Assembly (NCBI GenBank): GCA_040771865.1
Contig: JAXGZF010000007.1
Location: 310,001 to 374,000 of the forward strand
Direction: 5' to 3'
Length of the DNA: 64,000 nt
Source: Desulfobacterales bacterium
GTDB taxonomy: Bacteria; Desulfobacterota; Desulfobacteria; Desulfobacterales; UBA2245
The translations under genes and the position numbers were made by a program. Positions 1 through 17,202 of the stretch are shown one piece after another (positions within the stretch are counted from its first letter, which is position 1; every line of letters starts with the position of its first letter). The notes beneath the pieces were generated by a model. That model had not been told where the DNA came from, searched no databases, and worked only from the letters and a program-made list of their open reading frames with translations.

Positions 1-5640
<5,640 letters not shown>

Positions 5641-5740
5641 TAATGCAAAACGTGCAAAAATACAAAACACATGTTTCCCGGGGTTTTGCAATAACCCTTT
5701 TCGGGCGCCCGTCGCCCTGAGTTGAACAGGAGTTTTTTAC

Positions 5741-6676
5741 ATGCGGATTCTGATTGCGGATGACGATGCCACAACCCGCTTCATGCTTCAGGCGGTCCTT
5801 GTCAAGTGGGGCTTCGACGCAAGTGCGGCCTGCGACGGCAGGGAAGCCTGGGAGGCGATGCAGAAACCGGATGCGCCGAAACTGGTCCTTCTGGACTGGA
5901 TGATGCCGGAAATGGACGGGCTGGAGGTTCTGCGCCATATCCGGGCCCTGCAGTCCGACCGGCCGCCCTATATCATCATGCTGACCGCCAAGAGCGAAAA
6001 GGAAGACATCATCGCCGGACTGGACGCCGGCGCCAACGACTATCTGTCCAAGCCCTTTGATCCCGGCGAGCTGCGCGCCCGCATCGAGGTCGGCCGCCGC
6101 ATGGTCGAGTTGCAGGATGCCCTGGTTGAAAGCAGGGAAATCATGGCGCACCAGGCCACCCACGATGCGCTGACCGGTCTGCTGAACCGGCGGGCCATTA
6201 TCGACCGGCTGAAAGCGGAGCTGGCGCGCGCCGGCCGCCAGGGGGATGTTCTGGCCGTCGGCATGTGCGACATCGACCATTTCAAAAAGGTCAACGACAC
6301 ATACGGGCACCATGCCGGCGACGATGCGCTGCGCGGGCTGGCTCAAATTCTGATCGAGAAACTCAGGGCGTACGATTCGGTCGGCCGGATGGGAGGAGAG
6401 GAGTTTCTGGTCATTGCCCCGATCAAAACCGATATGGACTGCATGTCCATATTCAACCGGCTGTGCAAAACCACGGCGGAAAGTAAAATGGAATCCCGGT
6501 CGGGCGCCCTGTCCATTACGGTGAGCATCGGCGTGACCTGCGCGGACGACAAAAACACGGTGGATGAGATACTGGCGGCGGCCGACGCGGCCCTGTACCA
6601 GGCCAAGAACGAAGGCCGCAATCGCGTGGTTCACAACGGAAAGTGCCTCGATGCCACCCGTCCGTGCGTGTCCTGA
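5741..6676 (+). CDS. Response-regulator diguanylate cyclase (REC-GGDEF)
   Basis: REC LDWMMPEMDG; HDALTGLLNR; DIDHFKKVNDTYGH; GGEEF with RAYD I-site five residues upstream; RBS AGGAG. Confidence 0.95.
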   Translation: MRILIADDDATTRFMLQAVLVKWGFDASAACDGREAWEAMQKPDAPKLVLLDWMMPEMDGLEVLRHIRALQSDRPPYIIMLTAKSEKEDIIAGLDAGANDYLSKPFDPGELRARIEVGRRMVELQDALVESREIMAHQATHDALTGLLNRRAIIDRLKAELARAGRQGDVLAVGMCDIDHFKKVNDTYGHHAGDDALRGLAQILIEKLRAYDSVGRMGGEEFLVIAPIKTDMDCMSIFNRLCKTTAESKMESRSGALSITVSIGVTCADDKNTVDEILAAADAALYQAKNEGRNRVVHNGKCLDATRPCVS

Positions 6677-6774
6677 TTTCAAAAAAACGATCTTTTACGC
6701 CACACAGAAATCGAAGTTTATACGAAATCGTCAAGGATGGAGATAAAGAGTGATGACCCGAAAAAGAGGCAGTC

Positions 6775-9700
6775 ATGAATGACGCCGATTCCAAATCCTT
6801 TGCACCCTTTGCCGTAGTGGTCAACGACGACCCTACCCAGCTTGGCATTCTCTCCGGTCTGGTGCGCAAGGCGGGGCTGGAACCCCGCACCTTTACAGAT
6901 GCCGAGACCGCCCTGGCGGATATGTCCGCCCGGGCCGGAACCTGTCTGCCCGCCCTGGTCGTCACCGACGTCTACATGCCGGGCATCGACGGCTGGCGCT
7001 TCACCCGCCTGCTGCGTTCGCCCGATTACGCGGCCCTCAACCAGATCCCCATCCTGGTGGTTTCAGCCATATTTGCCGGCGAAACGCCCGACCGCATCGC
7101 CGCCGACCTCGGCGCCGAAGCTTTTTTCCCCTCTCCGGTGGACGGCAAACGATTCGTGGACAAGGTGCGGGCGATCCTGCAAGGGGACCGGCGGCGGATT
7201 CCCGCCCGCGTTTTGATCGTCGAAGAAAACAGCGCGCAGTCCGACGCGCTCAGAAAGGCCTTTAAAGAAAGAGGTTACCGGGTGGATACGGCCTTTACAG
7301 CCCGGGAAGCCGTTGAATCGTTCGACCGGATTTCCTACGACGTGACTGTGCTCAATTACCCGCTTTCCGACGGCGCGGGAGACGACCTGCTGGATGTTTT
7401 CCACGCGCAGCGGCCAGACTGCGTCTTCCTGATGACGACCGCCGGCGGAGGTCCCGAGGAAGCGCTGGAATGGATGAAGCGCGGCGCCGCCGCCTGTCTG
7501 TATAAACCCTTTGACCCGGAATACCTCATCGAGCTGTGCACCCGGACCCGGCGTGAGCGCTCTCTCCTGCGCGTTCAGGAACTGCTTGAAACGCGCACCC
7601 GCGAACTGCGGGAAAGCGAGGAGCGCTACCGGCGGCTGGCCGAGGACATGCCGATGTTTCTCACTGTTTTTCTTCCCGACGGCACGCTGACCTATGTCAA
7701 CGAAACGCTGGCAACATGGAAATCCGCCTCCCCCGCCGATCTCATCGGAAAAAACCTCTATGATTTACTGTTGCCCGAGGATCGGGAAACGGTCAGGACT
7801 CGGCTGAGCGCGGTTACGCCGGAGAAACCCGTCGAAACTCACGTGGAACGCTGTCCGATGCCGGACGGAAGCCTGGCCTGGCTCGAATGGACCAACCGGG
7901 CCTTTTTCGACGAAAGGAGCCGACCCACTCACTTTCAGTCCACCGGAACGGACATCACCGTGCGCAAACAGGCCGAGGACGCCCTGCAGAAAAGCGAACA
8001 GCTCCTGAACTCGGCCCAGCGCCTGGCCAGGATCGGCGGCTGGCAATGGGATCTGGTAACCCAAACTATGACCTGGTCGGATGAGGCCTACCGCATACAT
8101 GATTTGGCGCCAAAAGAGTTCCCGCCCGGCTCCGCCGATCTTCTGACAGCAAGTTTGGCATGTTACGCGCCCAAGGACCGGCCGGTAATGCTGAAAGCCT
8201 TCCAGCGCTGCGTGGAACAGGGGGAACCCTACGATATCGAGTTTCCCTTTATGACCGCCAAGGGTCGCCGGCTCTGGATTCGCACCTCGGCTGAAGCGGT
8301 GCAGGAGGGCGGCCGGGTCGTCAGAGTCGTCGGCAATTTCATGGACATCACCGAACGCAAGCAATGGGAAAAGGCGCTGCGGGAAAGCGAGGAAAGATAC
8401 CGGAATATTTTCAATGATTCGATCGCGGGTATTTTTCAGACAACGCCGGAGGGCCAGTTCCGCATGGTCAATCCGGCATTTGCCCGCATCTTCGGATACG
8501 ACTCGCCCGAGGAGATGGGCGCCTTGACCGGCTCGCCCAAACTGATCTTTGCAGATCCCGAAGACCGCAAGAAGTCCCTCGCCCTGCTCAACGCATCGCA
8601 AGGAATCCTCAGGGATTTCGACGCGAAGATGCGGCGCAGGGACGGATCTTGTATCTGGGTTTCCTTCAACGCCCGCATGATTTATGAATCCGATGGAAGC
8701 GCCGCCTGGATCGAAGGCACCTGCATAGACATCACTCAGCGCAAACAGGCCGATGATGCCTTGATTTACCGTCTTGCCTGCGAGCACTGCACCGCCGAGT
8801 GCATCGGCATTCTCGCCGAATCCGGCGACCTGCAGGACCGTTTGGACCGGGTTCTTGAAAAATTACAATCCGTCACGAAAGCCGGACGCGCCTACATATT
8901 TGAAAATGAATACGACCCCGCCGCCGGGCTCTGCGCGACCCAGATCGCGGAATTCTGCGCCAAAGGCGTGGAATCGCAATTCGAAAACCCGGATCTGCAA
9001 CACCTGCCCTACGGCCCAAATTTCTCGTCGCTCCTGTCCGTTCTTCAGGCCCGGAAGCCCTTTTCCGGAATCGTTTCCGAAATGACCGCTGCGGAGCGCA
9101 ATATACTCGAGCCCCAGGGAATCTTATCCATCCTGATTCTGCCCGTTTTTACCGGAAACGCCCTGTGGGGCTTCATCGGCTTTGACGACTGCGAAACTCA
9201 GCGGCGATGGAGAGAGGAAGACGTTCAAATTCTTAAAATCGTGGCAGATGCCGCCGGCGCCGCCATTCTGCGCGACCAAACAACGGAGGCCCTGCGCGAA
9301 AGCGAGGAAAGGTACCGGACCCTTATAGAGGGGCTGCCGGATTTCGTGATCCGCTACGACCGGAATGCACGCCACCTGTTTGTCTCCCGCAATATCGGCA
9401 ATCTGTCCGGCATCGAGGCCGATCAATACATCGGCAGAACCCGCCGCGAGATGGGCTTTCCCGAGGCGCACTGCCGGTTCCAGGAAGAACACATTCAGCG
9501 GGTTTTCGACACCGGCACTCCCCTGGAAACGGAATTCACGTTCGAAGGCAAACAGGGACCGATGATCTTCAACTGGCGGCTGATTCCCGAATTCGATGCA
9601 AAGGGTGCGGTGAGCTCCGTTCTTTCAACCACCCGGGATATCACCGAACACCGGCGAATGGAGCGGGAATACCAGATTCTGTTCCACGAGATGCTCGACG

Positions 9701-11532
9701 GATTCGCCCTTCACGAGATCATGCGGGATCGGGCGGGAAATCCGGCTGGCTACCGCTTCCTGGCCGTCAATCCGGCTTTCGAGCGCATGACCGGCTTGAA
9801 GGGTTCTCAAATCAATGGAAGGTGCATTCACGAAGTCCTTCCGGGACGGCACCCCTGCCTTGAGAATTTCGACAAGGCGGCGCAGACCGGCAAGCCGGTC
9901 TTTTTCCAAAGCTATGTACCTGAGCTGGGAAAACATTTCGATGTCACCGTATTAATGCCCAGCCCCGGCCAGATCCTTTGCATTCTTACCGACATCACCG
10001 AACGCAAGCAGGCCGAAGAGGCCCTGCGTCAGTTCAAAACCGTCTTTGACGCCGCCAACTTCGGCATGGCGATTTCGGACCTGAACGGCGTACTGATCTA
10101 TATCAACGAATGCTTTGCCGCGGCTCACGGCTATGAGTCGGCAGACCTGATCGGACAGCCGCTGATGCGGCTGCATAACGAGGAACAGCGGGATCAGGTG
10201 GAAGCGCTGATTCGCCAGATCGCCAGCGAGAATGTTTTCGATACCCAGGAAGTCCGGCACTGTCACCGGGACGGCACCCCGTTTCCCATGCTCATGACCG
10301 GAACCCTGGTCCGGGATGCCGAGGGCGCCCCGAGGTACTTCGCCGCGACGGCCATCGATCTTTCCGAACGCAAAATTCTGGAGGCTCAGCTTGCGCAGGC
10401 TCAGAAGATGGAGTCGGTGGGGCGGCTGGCCGGCGGCGTGGCCCACGATTTCAACAACATGCTCAGCGTAATCCTTGGATACGCCGATATGGCCCTGAAC
10501 AGCGCGGATACGGCCCACCCGCTTTACCACGCGCTGACCCAGATCCGCGACGCCGCCGTGCGTTCCTCCGACCTGACCCGGCAGCTGCTGGCCTTTGCCC
10601 GCCGTCAGACCATCGCTCCCAGTGCGCTGGACCTCAACGAAACCGTGGCGGGAACCCTTAAAATGATACGACGGCTCATCGGCGAAGACATCGAACTGGC
10701 CTGGAGACCGATGCCGGGGGCATGGCCCGTTCTCATGGACCCGTCTCAGATCGACCAGATCCTCGCCAACCTGTGCGTCAACGCCCGCGACGCCATTGCA
10801 GGCGTCGGCAGAATCACCATCGAAACGGAAAACATCGTTCTGGACGAGGCTTATTGCACGGATCATGTGGGCTTTGTTCCGGGGGAGTACGTGATGCTGG
10901 CCGTCAGCGACAACGGCGAGGGCATGGACCAGGAAATCATGTCCCACCTCTTTGAACCGTTTTTCACGACCAAGAAACCCGGAAAGGGCACCGGCCTGGG
11001 CCTGGCCACGGTCTACGGCGCCGTCCGTCAGAACAACGGATTCATCAATGTTTACAGCGAACCGGGCAAAGGCACCACCTTCAAAATCTACCTGCCGCGG
11101 CATACGGGCGAGAAGGGGCGGAAGCAGGCGGAAGAAGTGGAACTGCCGGCCTTGAAGGGCCGGGAGACCATCCTGCTGGTGGAGGATGAACCGATGATCC
11201 TGGAGCTGGCCGTAACCATACTTGAAACGCAGGACTACACCGTGATAGCGGCAAATACCCCGGGAGAGGCCATCCGGCTGGCCAGGGAACATGCCGGAAA
11301 GATTCACCTGCTTCTGACCGACGTGATCATGCCCGAAATGAACGGACGTGAACTGGCCAAGAAACTTCTGTCTCTCTATCCCGACATGAAACGCCTGTTC
11401 ATGTCCGGATACACGGCCGACATCATCGCCCACCACGGCGTGCTGGATGAGGGCGTCCGCTTTATTTCGAAACCCTTCTCGGTAAAAGAACTGACCGCCA
11501 AGGTCCGGGATGCCCTGGATAATGGAACATAA
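6775..11532 (+). CDS. Cytoplasmic hybrid histidine kinase (REC-REC-multi PAS/GAF-HisKA-HATPase-REC)
   Basis: H-box [32 protein letters not shown]-terminal [13 protein letters not shown]. Confidence 0.95.
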   Translation: MNDADSKSFAPFAVVVNDDPTQLGILSGLVRKAGLEPRTFTDAETALADMSARAGTCLPALVVTDVYMPGIDGWRFTRLLRSPDYAALNQIPILVVSAIFAGETPDRIAADLGAEAFFPSPVDGKRFVDKVRAILQGDRRRIPARVLIVEENSAQSDALRKAFKERGYRVDTAFTAREAVESFDRISYDVTVLNYPLSDGAGDDLLDVFHAQRPDCVFLMTTAGGGPEEALEWMKRGAAACLYKPFDPEYLIELCTRTRRERSLLRVQELLETRTRELRESEERYRRLAEDMPMFLTVFLPDGTLTYVNETLATWKSASPADLIGKNLYDLLLPEDRETVRTRLSAVTPEKPVETHVERCPMPDGSLAWLEWTNRAFFDERSRPTHFQSTGTDITVRKQAEDALQKSEQLLNSAQRLARIGGWQWDLVTQTMTWSDEAYRIHDLAPKEFPPGSADLLTASLACYAPKDRPVMLKAFQRCVEQGEPYDIEFPFMTAKGRRLWIRTSAEAVQEGGRVVRVVGNFMDITERKQWEKALRESEERYRNIFNDSIAGIFQTTPEGQFRMVNPAFARIFGYDSPEEMGALTGSPKLIFADPEDRKKSLALLNASQGILRDFDAKMRRRDGSCIWVSFNARMIYESDGSAAWIEGTCIDITQRKQADDALIYRLACEHCTAECIGILAESGDLQDRLDRVLEKLQSVTKAGRAYIFENEYDPAAGLCATQIAEFCAKGVESQFENPDLQHLPYGPNFSSLLSVLQARKPFSGIVSEMTAAERNILEPQGILSILILPVFTGNALWGFIGFDDCETQRRWREEDVQILKIVADAAGAAILRDQTTEALRESEERYRTLIEGLPDFVIRYDRNARHLFVSRNIGNLSGIEADQYIGRTRREMGFPEAHCRFQEEHIQRVFDTGTPLETEFTFEGKQGPMIFNWRLIPEFDAKGAVSSVLSTTRDITEHRRMEREYQILFHEMLDGFALHEIMRDRAGNPAGYRFLAVNPAFERMTGLKGSQINGRCIHEVLPGRHPCLENFDKAAQTGKPVFFQSYVPELGKHFDVTVLMPSPGQILCILTDITERKQAEEALRQFKTVFDAANFGMAISDLNGVLIYINECFAAAHGYESADLIGQPLMRLHNEEQRDQVEALIRQIASENVFDTQEVRHCHRDGTPFPMLMTGTLVRDAEGAPRYFAATAIDLSERKILEAQLAQAQKMESVGRLAGGVAHDFNNMLSVILGYADMALNSADTAHPLYHALTQIRDAAVRSSDLTRQLLAFARRQTIAPSALDLNETVAGTLKMIRRLIGEDIELAWRPMPGAWPVLMDPSQIDQILANLCVNARDAIAGVGRITIETENIVLDEAYCTDHVGFVPGEYVMLAVSDNGEGMDQEIMSHLFEPFFTTKKPGKGTGLGLATVYGAVRQNNGFINVYSEPGKGTTFKIYLPRHTGEKGRKQAEEVELPALKGRETILLVEDEPMILELAVTILETQDYTVIAANTPGEAIRLAREHAGKIHLLLTDVIMPEMNGRELAKKLLSLYPDMKRLFMSGYTADIIAHHGVLDEGVRFISKPFSVKELTAKVRDALDNGT

Positions 11533-11626
11533 AATAACCTGAATACCTGCGAGCGGAGAATCGCTTGAATCAGCAGGAGCCGGCTGGACAACATTTCGGC
11601 CAGCAAGGCAATCCTTAACTTTCCGC

Positions 11627-12832
11627 CTATTTGTCAGCCAATTCACTCGATGCGTTGAGGAAACGCCCCTTTGTGTTGAGGCAGATACGGACCAGCATCA
11701 GCATGACCGGCACCTCGATCAGCACGCCGACCACCGTGGCCAGCGCGGCGCCGCTCGACAGGCCGAAGAGCATGGTCGCCGTGGCGATCGCGACCTCAAA
11801 GTGATTGGACGCTCCAATCATTGCTGCAGGGGCGGCGTCCTCATAATTGAGCTTGAGCCGATGCGCCAGCCAGTAGCCAATGCCAAAGATCAGCATGGTC
11901 TGAATAAACAGCGGTATGGCAATCCACACGATGGTCAGGGGGTTCGACACGATCACATCGCCTTTGAAACTGAACAGCAGCACCAGTGTGGTCAACAGGG
12001 CGACAATCGTAATGGGAGTAAGCACATGCAGGAATTTCTCTGTGAACCACTGTTCGCCTTTTGCCGCTATGATCCATTTTCGGGACAGGAATCCCGCAAC
12101 AAGTGGAAGCGCAACATAGATGGCGATGGACAGAAGCAGCGCCTCCCACGGCACGGGAAGCTTGCCCACGCCGAGAAGAAAGCCTCCCAGCAATCCATAG
12201 AGCACCAGCATGGTCAGCGAATTGATGGCCACCATAACCAGCGTCAATCCGTCGTTGCCGCGTGCGAGAAAGCCCCACACCAGCACCATAGCCGTGCAGG
12301 GCGCGATGCCAAGCAGAATGCATCCTGCCAGATAGCTTCGCCAGAGCGGAATTTGAAGCATTTTGATCCCGTCGGCCAGTATGACGGTTCCAGCGCCATG
12401 CGTTGCGCCGACCGGCAGATCCAGACCGAAAGGCATTTTCACCAGGTCAATCGCTTCCGCCCCGATGAACCCGAAAAAGAGCGTTCCCAGAAACAGCGTG
12501 GAGATACCGTACATCGTGAAGGGTTTGACGCACCAGTTGATAAACAGGGTCAGCAAGACCGGCTTTCCGCTCCTGCCCGCCTTAACGACTGAAGCGAAGT
12601 CGATCTTCACCATGATCGGATACATCATGAAAAAGAGACAGATAGCAATGGGGATAGACACCACCGGCGCGTCATTGACGAAAATGGACATGCCGTCGAG
12701 GCTCTGCGCCAGTTCCGGCGCGATCTTGCCCAGCGCGATGCCGCAGATGATGCACAGAACCACCCATAGGGTCAGATAGCGCTCGAAGACGCTGGTCATC
12801 TTCCTTTCGTTTTCTACCGGTTTTGCATTCAT
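11627..12832 (-). CDS. acr3: Acr3-family arsenite efflux transporter
   Basis: [51 protein letters not shown]. Start uncertain (12832 or 12799). Confidence 0.95.
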   Translation of the reverse strand: MNAKPVENERKMTSVFERYLTLWVVLCIICGIALGKIAPELAQSLDGMSIFVNDAPVVSIPIAICLFFMMYPIMVKIDFASVVKAGRSGKPVLLTLFINWCVKPFTMYGISTLFLGTLFFGFIGAEAIDLVKMPFGLDLPVGATHGAGTVILADGIKMLQIPLWRSYLAGCILLGIAPCTAMVLVWGFLARGNDGLTLVMVAINSLTMLVLYGLLGGFLLGVGKLPVPWEALLLSIAIYVALPLVAGFLSRKWIIAAKGEQWFTEKFLHVLTPITIVALLTTLVLLFSFKGDVIVSNPLTIVWIAIPLFIQTMLIFGIGYWLAHRLKLNYEDAAPAAMIGASNHFEVAIATATMLFGLSSGAALATVVGVLIEVPVMLMLVRICLNTKGRFLNASSELADK

Positions 12833-12951
12833 GGGATCATCCTCTGTCTTTTGTTCCATAGTGTAAAAAACACATAAACCCGAGATGACCTGAACCGCTT
12901 TGTAAACTCATAAATCGAGGGTTGAGGCCATGCTTTTCGTTTCAGCCTGTT

Positions 12952-13284
12952 TCAGATAGCGCACGACGCCTTTTCCATGCGTTCTGTGTCGGCCGCAACG
13001 GTCTTGTGATTCAGCAGACAGTCCCTGAAGCATTCCTGCAGGCACTCCTGCAGGCGATTCTTTGGAACGGAGAGCTTGTAGTACATCCACGTGCCATCCC
13101 GCCTGGATTCCACCATTCCGGCGGCACGCATGATTCCCAGATGTCGCGAAATCTTAAATTGCGGCTCGTTGAGGGCTCGGGCCAGCCTACATACGCAGGT
13201 TTCGCCATGAACAGCGAGCAGAACCGACAACCTGAGTCGCGTCGGATCCCCAAAAACCTTGAACATTGCTGCTTCGTCTTTCAT
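12952..13284 (-). CDS. arsR: ArsR/SmtB family repressor
   Basis: FKVFGDPTRL, ETCVCRL (CxC metal-binding box), ISRHL, RRDGTWMYY; directly upstream of acr3. Confidence 0.9.
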   Translation of the reverse strand: MKDEAAMFKVFGDPTRLRLSVLLAVHGETCVCRLARALNEPQFKISRHLGIMRAAGMVESRRDGTWMYYKLSVPKNRLQECLQECFRDCLLNHKTVAADTERMEKASCAI

Positions 13285-13382
13285 CTTTGTTCCCCACATT
13301 TATATGACGTTCGTGAATGGAATCGAAGAAAAACAGATCGCCGCCTAATTTCTCCATACGTAACTATTGACTGCAACCCCAA

Positions 13383-13414
13383 CTATATGCATATATGCGC
13401 ATTTGTGCATATAG
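13383..13414. promoter_or_regulatory. 32-bp palindrome, probable ArsR operator
   Basis: CTATATGCATATATGCGCATTTGTGCATATAG, 14 of 16 positions pair. Adjacent to minus-strand TTGACA (13440-13435). Confidence 0.7.
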
Positions 13415-13499
13415 CTATCTTTACAAAAGAAAAATGTCAAGTTGAATCTGCCGGCATGGGGCTGCGGATCAAAGATAAAAGCGAAATTATTTGAATAAA

Positions 13500-13532
13500 A
13501 TAGTTGACAGCGTCAACCATAAAGGTTATATG
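13500..13532 (+). promoter_or_regulatory. marR promoter with operator overlapping -35
   Basis: GTTGAC-agc-GTCAAC palindrome; TTGACA-17-TATATG. Confidence 0.65.
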
Positions 13533-13577
13533 CCCGGCAGTTGACACGAAATGGGCGGGGCAAAAGGACAAGGGAAA

Positions 13578-14003
13578 ATGAAAAAAAAAATTTCCGATCT
13601 CAGCCGGGCATTAATCGAAATTGTCTGGCATTTTGGTCCAAAGGGACTGAATGGCGAATGCTGCGAAAATCTTTCGATGCCGGAATTTCTTGCGCTGGAT
13701 AATATTGCGAACACCGAGAATTGTCCGGTTCAGAATATCGGTCAACTGCTCGGATTTACGAAAAGCGGGGCGACCAGAATCGTGAACCGCCTGGATAAGA
13801 AAGGGTATGTTCAGAAAATTAAATCTTTTGAAGACGGACGGGTTTGCTGCGTTGTGATAACCCCGCAGGGGGAAAACGTTCTCGCCTCCACGGACGAGCG
13901 TTATTCCAAAGAGATCGAACAACTGCTGTCCAGAATGTCTGATAAAAATGCACCCCGCATGAAGGAACTGCTCAAAGACATGGCCAGGGCTTTAAGAGAT
14001 TAG
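13578..14003 (+). CDS. MarR-family regulator with vicinal Cys pairs
   Basis: wHTH LGFTKSGATRIVNRLDKKGYV..EDGR; GECCE and RVCCV. Confidence 0.9.
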   Translation: MKKKISDLSRALIEIVWHFGPKGLNGECCENLSMPEFLALDNIANTENCPVQNIGQLLGFTKSGATRIVNRLDKKGYVQKIKSFEDGRVCCVVITPQGENVLASTDERYSKEIEQLLSRMSDKNAPRMKELLKDMARALRD

Positions 14004-14016
14004 TTTTTTTGCCTGA

Positions 14017-14036
14017 ATAGTTGATGCCGTCAATCA
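14017..14036. promoter_or_regulatory. Second copy of putative MarR operator
   Basis: ATAGTTGATGCCGTCAATCA versus ATAGTTGACAGCGTCAACCA at 13500-13519. Confidence 0.6.
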
Positions 14037-14051
14037 AAAAGGAGAACGGAT

Positions 14052-14948
14052 TTGGATGCCTTGATCAAAACCTTGGAATATTTTCTGCTGATCACCGCCG
14101 AGTTAACCGCCCTGTTTCTCGGAATCAGCGCCCTTGTGGCGCTGGTTTTGATGTATGTTCCCCAGGAAAAAATGAGAGCATGGCTTTCAAAACGAGGACT
14201 TTGGGGAAATTTTCTGGGCGCCGTCGTGGGTTCCCTGACCCCGTTTTGCGCATGTTCGACCATTCCGATGACGCTCGGCATGCTGAATGCCGGCGCCCCT
14301 TTTGGGCCTGTCATGTCTTTTGTGATCGCCTCGCCCCTTCTGAACCCGATCATTATCAGCATGGTCGCAACGCTGATGGGTTTGAAAGCCTGCCTGCTGT
14401 ATTTCAGCGTCACGTTTTCAGGTTCGGTGATTTTTGGGGTCACTCTGGAAAAAACCGGAGGCGCTCGATTCGTCCGAAATGTCAGGATAAAATCCTCTTG
14501 CTGCGGAAATGCGGCGCCCGTTATTCCTGCTGATTTTTCCGGAAAGCTTAAATCAGCGTTTGCGACCGCATGGGGCGATTTCAGGGCGGTTCTGGTTTAT
14601 CTCCTCATCGGCGTCGGCATCGGCGCGGGGATTTACGGGTATATTCCCCAGGAATTCGTCGCTCGAATTGCCGGCCCCCACAATCCATTTGCCATCCCCG
14701 TTGCCGCGATCGTCGGCATCCCCCTTTATATTCGAGCGGAAACTGCGATTCCTATTGGTTTGGCACTGGCGCAAAAGGGAATGAGCATGGGAGCGGTGAT
14801 TGCCCTGATCATCGGGGGGGCGGGAATGGCGATTCCGGAAATGGCAATGCTGGCAAGCATATTTAAAAAGCGTCTGGTCGCATCGATTATCGCCGTCATC
14901 TGGGCAACGGCGGTCGTCGGCGGTTATGCATTCAACATGATCAACTGA
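14052..14948 (+). CDS. DUF318/ArsP-family permease
   Basis: TPFCACSTIP, ASPLLNP, GIPLY, GAGMAIPE; TTG start after AGGAG. Confidence 0.9.
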   Translation: MDALIKTLEYFLLITAELTALFLGISALVALVLMYVPQEKMRAWLSKRGLWGNFLGAVVGSLTPFCACSTIPMTLGMLNAGAPFGPVMSFVIASPLLNPIIISMVATLMGLKACLLYFSVTFSGSVIFGVTLEKTGGARFVRNVRIKSSCCGNAAPVIPADFSGKLKSAFATAWGDFRAVLVYLLIGVGIGAGIYGYIPQEFVARIAGPHNPFAIPVAAIVGIPLYIRAETAIPIGLALAQKGMSMGAVIALIIGGAGMAIPEMAMLASIFKKRLVASIIAVIWATAVVGGYAFNMIN

Positions 14949-14977
14949 CTTTTAACGATCCGATAAGGAGGCAAATC

Positions 14978-15163
14978 GTGGCGAACACAAAAGCCGAACC
15001 GGGTTTTTTCAAGAAATTGTTTGGGAAAAAATCGAACTGCTGTTCGTTTCAGGTCGAGGAGATTCGGAATGAACCGGCGGAAAGGGTCGCACACGAGCTC
15101 GAAACATCGGGCAACACGTGCTGTTCGACCAGCGGCCTGAACGAAGACAATTCTTCAGATTGA
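14978..15163 (+). CDS. Small Cys-pair protein (hypothetical)
   Basis: Strong RBS AAGGAGG, GTG start, KKSNCC and NTCC motifs. Confidence 0.65.
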   Translation: MANTKAEPGFFKKLFGKKSNCCSFQVEEIRNEPAERVAHELETSGNTCCSTSGLNEDNSSD

Positions 15164-15380
15164 ACTGCTGAAAATCTTATACACCGCTACCCCGACATGA
15201 AACGCCTGTTCGTGTCGGGATAGAAATGTATATCTCTTCGCCCGTCGCAGCCTGCTGGACGAGGGCGTCCGCTTTATTTCAAAGCCTTTTTCAACGAAGG
15301 ACCTGATCGCCAAGGTCAGGGAAGCCCTGGATGACGGAAAGAAAAAGAAATCCTGAGGTCCCGCGGACGGAGAATCGCTT
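15161..15380 (+). pseudogene. Decayed copy of hybrid kinase 3' end (REC fragment), paralogous to 11349-11566
   Basis: [11 protein letters not shown] (TAG 15221) and [27 protein letters not shown]; shares downstream CGGAGAATCGCTT with the intact copy. Confidence 0.85.
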
Positions 15381-15428
15381 CGAACATCGGGGTTCCGCGT
15401 TGAGAATTGCTGAATTCAGTTGGATGGA

Positions 15429-15935
15429 TTACGGATAATTTCCGCTCTGTTTCTTACCGGAACGAAAGAAAAAAACAACCAGGGTCAGATAAATAGATAC
15501 GACCAGAAAAATCAGGTCCCGGACCACGGTCCACAGGTCGGCCGGTCCTTCGGTGGTTTGCGTTGAAAAGCAGCCGCAGCTGATATCCAGTCCGCGCATC
15601 CGGTTGAATACCAGCGCGCCGATGAATACCATCAGCAGGCCAGTGCTGATGGTCGTCGCTCCGGGCAGCCAGAATCCGGCGGCGAGGCACAACCCCAGAA
15701 TGAGTTCCAGCCAGGGCAGAACCAGGGCCGTGACGTTGACCAGCGCGTCCGGCAGAATCCGGTAGTTGTAAACGGCCTGGGAAAAGGCCTGGGGATGCAG
15801 GATCTTGTCATAGCTGGCATAGATGAAAACAGCGCCCAGAAACAGGCGCATGACGAAGAAGATTCTCGATTGGGTTCTCGAAATATCTGGAGGACTGCCG
15901 GAATACGCTTTCAAGGTTTCAGCTCCCGCTTTCAA
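15429..15935 (-). CDS. MauE/DoxX family membrane protein
   Basis: RLFLGAVFIYASYDKI, LPWLEL, RGLDISCGCF, RDL. Confidence 0.9.
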   Translation of the reverse strand: MKAGAETLKAYSGSPPDISRTQSRIFFVMRLFLGAVFIYASYDKILHPQAFSQAVYNYRILPDALVNVTALVLPWLELILGLCLAAGFWLPGATTISTGLLMVFIGALVFNRMRGLDISCGCFSTQTTEGPADLWTVVRDLIFLVVSIYLTLVVFFFRSGKKQSGNYP

Positions 15936-16419
15936 TCGGCAGGCCGGCCTTCCGCCATACGGTCAGGCCGTTGACCAGCACGCGAACGTTTTCAAATCCC
16001 ATGTCCTTCAGGAAAAGGGCCAGTTCGTGGCTCAAATCGCAGTCTTCCCCGTCACAGTAGGTCACGATCATCTTTCCCTCCAAGCGGCCGGCCGTTTCCG
16101 GGAAGTAGCGGTCAGCCTCCTGCCAGGGAAGGCTCAGAGCGCCGGAAATATGCTCCCGGACAAACTCGCTTTGCGGCCGCGCATCCACGAACAGAACTCC
16201 ATCGCCCTCCTCGAACAGGCGCCGGGCCTGCTCCAGATCAATAATCAAACTCTCTCCGGCGGCATCCGTAATGCGGGCCTCCACGGACCAGTCGCCGACA
16301 AGGGGTATGCCGTCGGACCGCCAGTGATTGACTCCCAGCGCCACGATAACGGCCAGGGCAATAAGCGCGGGAATCTGCCGCAGGGATTGCTGAAACGGTA
16401 TGGAAAAGGATTTGATCAT
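15919..16419 (-). CDS. Membrane-anchored rhodanese-like protein
   Basis: N-terminal TM; FVDAR, HISGA, active-site loop YCDGEDC. Confidence 0.9.
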   Translation of the reverse strand: MIKSFSIPFQQSLRQIPALIALAVIVALGVNHWRSDGIPLVGDWSVEARITDAAGESLIIDLEQARRLFEEGDGVLFVDARPQSEFVREHISGALSLPWQEADRYFPETAGRLEGKMIVTYCDGEDCDLSHELALFLKDMGFENVRVLVNGLTVWRKAGLPIESGS

Positions 16420-16449
16420 ATATTCACCCGCCTGCACACATTACACGAC

Positions 16450-17154
16450 TCAGGCGACAAAGGGATTGATCATGAAATAGATCCCCAGCAGGGCGATCAA
16501 CACCCCGGCGCCGCGCCGGAACCACAGACCGGCGCCCTGCCAGGCGCTGCTTTCCGTAAGTCTGCGCACCATGGCCGTGGAACTGCCGGCCACGACAATC
16601 GGCAGACAGTGGCCCAGAGCGAACAGAATCATCATGACCGAACCGGCGAAGATTTTCTGCTGCACCGTGACGATGGCCAGAATCGGGGCGATAAAACCGA
16701 AGGTGCATGAACCGGACAGAATTCCGTACGCCAGCCCCAGACCGAACGCGCCGTGAATGCCCCGCAGCTTGAGCCGGTAAAGCATGGATCCGGAAACGGA
16801 GCAGGCCTGCACGCCCATCATGCCCAGGGCCACCCAGACAAGCACGGCACCGACCAGGACCTGCCACCATACGCCCACATCGCCCAGCATTCGGCCCAGC
16901 ATGGCGCATACCATGCCTACGGCCGCGATGGTAACAAACAACCCCAGCGAAAAAGCGCCGGCGTACCAGCCTGCGGTGCGGGGATGGACGGCGGTCTTCT
17001 GGCCGCCCACATAGGCCACGATCAAGGGAATGGACGCCAGATGACAGGGAGAGAACAGCACGCTGACCATTCCCCAGAGAAACGCGCCCGCGGCCGATAT
17101 GAAGAGCCCTCCGGTCATCCACTGGTTGACGGTGATGAAAAACGAATCGAACAT
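16450..17154 (-). CDS. ccdA: CcdA/DsbD-type transmembrane electron transporter
   Basis: SVLFSPCHLASIP and GSCTFGFIAP; hydrophobic multi-TM protein. Confidence 0.88.
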   Translation of the reverse strand: MFDSFFITVNQWMTGGLFISAAGAFLWGMVSVLFSPCHLASIPLIVAYVGGQKTAVHPRTAGWYAGAFSLGLFVTIAAVGMVCAMLGRMLGDVGVWWQVLVGAVLVWVALGMMGVQACSVSGSMLYRLKLRGIHGAFGLGLAYGILSGSCTFGFIAPILAIVTVQQKIFAGSVMMILFALGHCLPIVVAGSSTAMVRRLTESSAWQGAGLWFRRGAGVLIALLGIYFMINPFVA

Positions 17155-17202
17155 ATCTAGTTCAGCTCTCTTTCACGCCAGGCGACAGGTTCGTCGAAAA
17201 CA

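Noticed and set aside
9952..11646. Long antisense ORFs (564 aa here; also 151-1596, 58376-59815 and others)
   Set aside because: Shadow frames of well-supported GC-rich genes, with no recognisable motifs.
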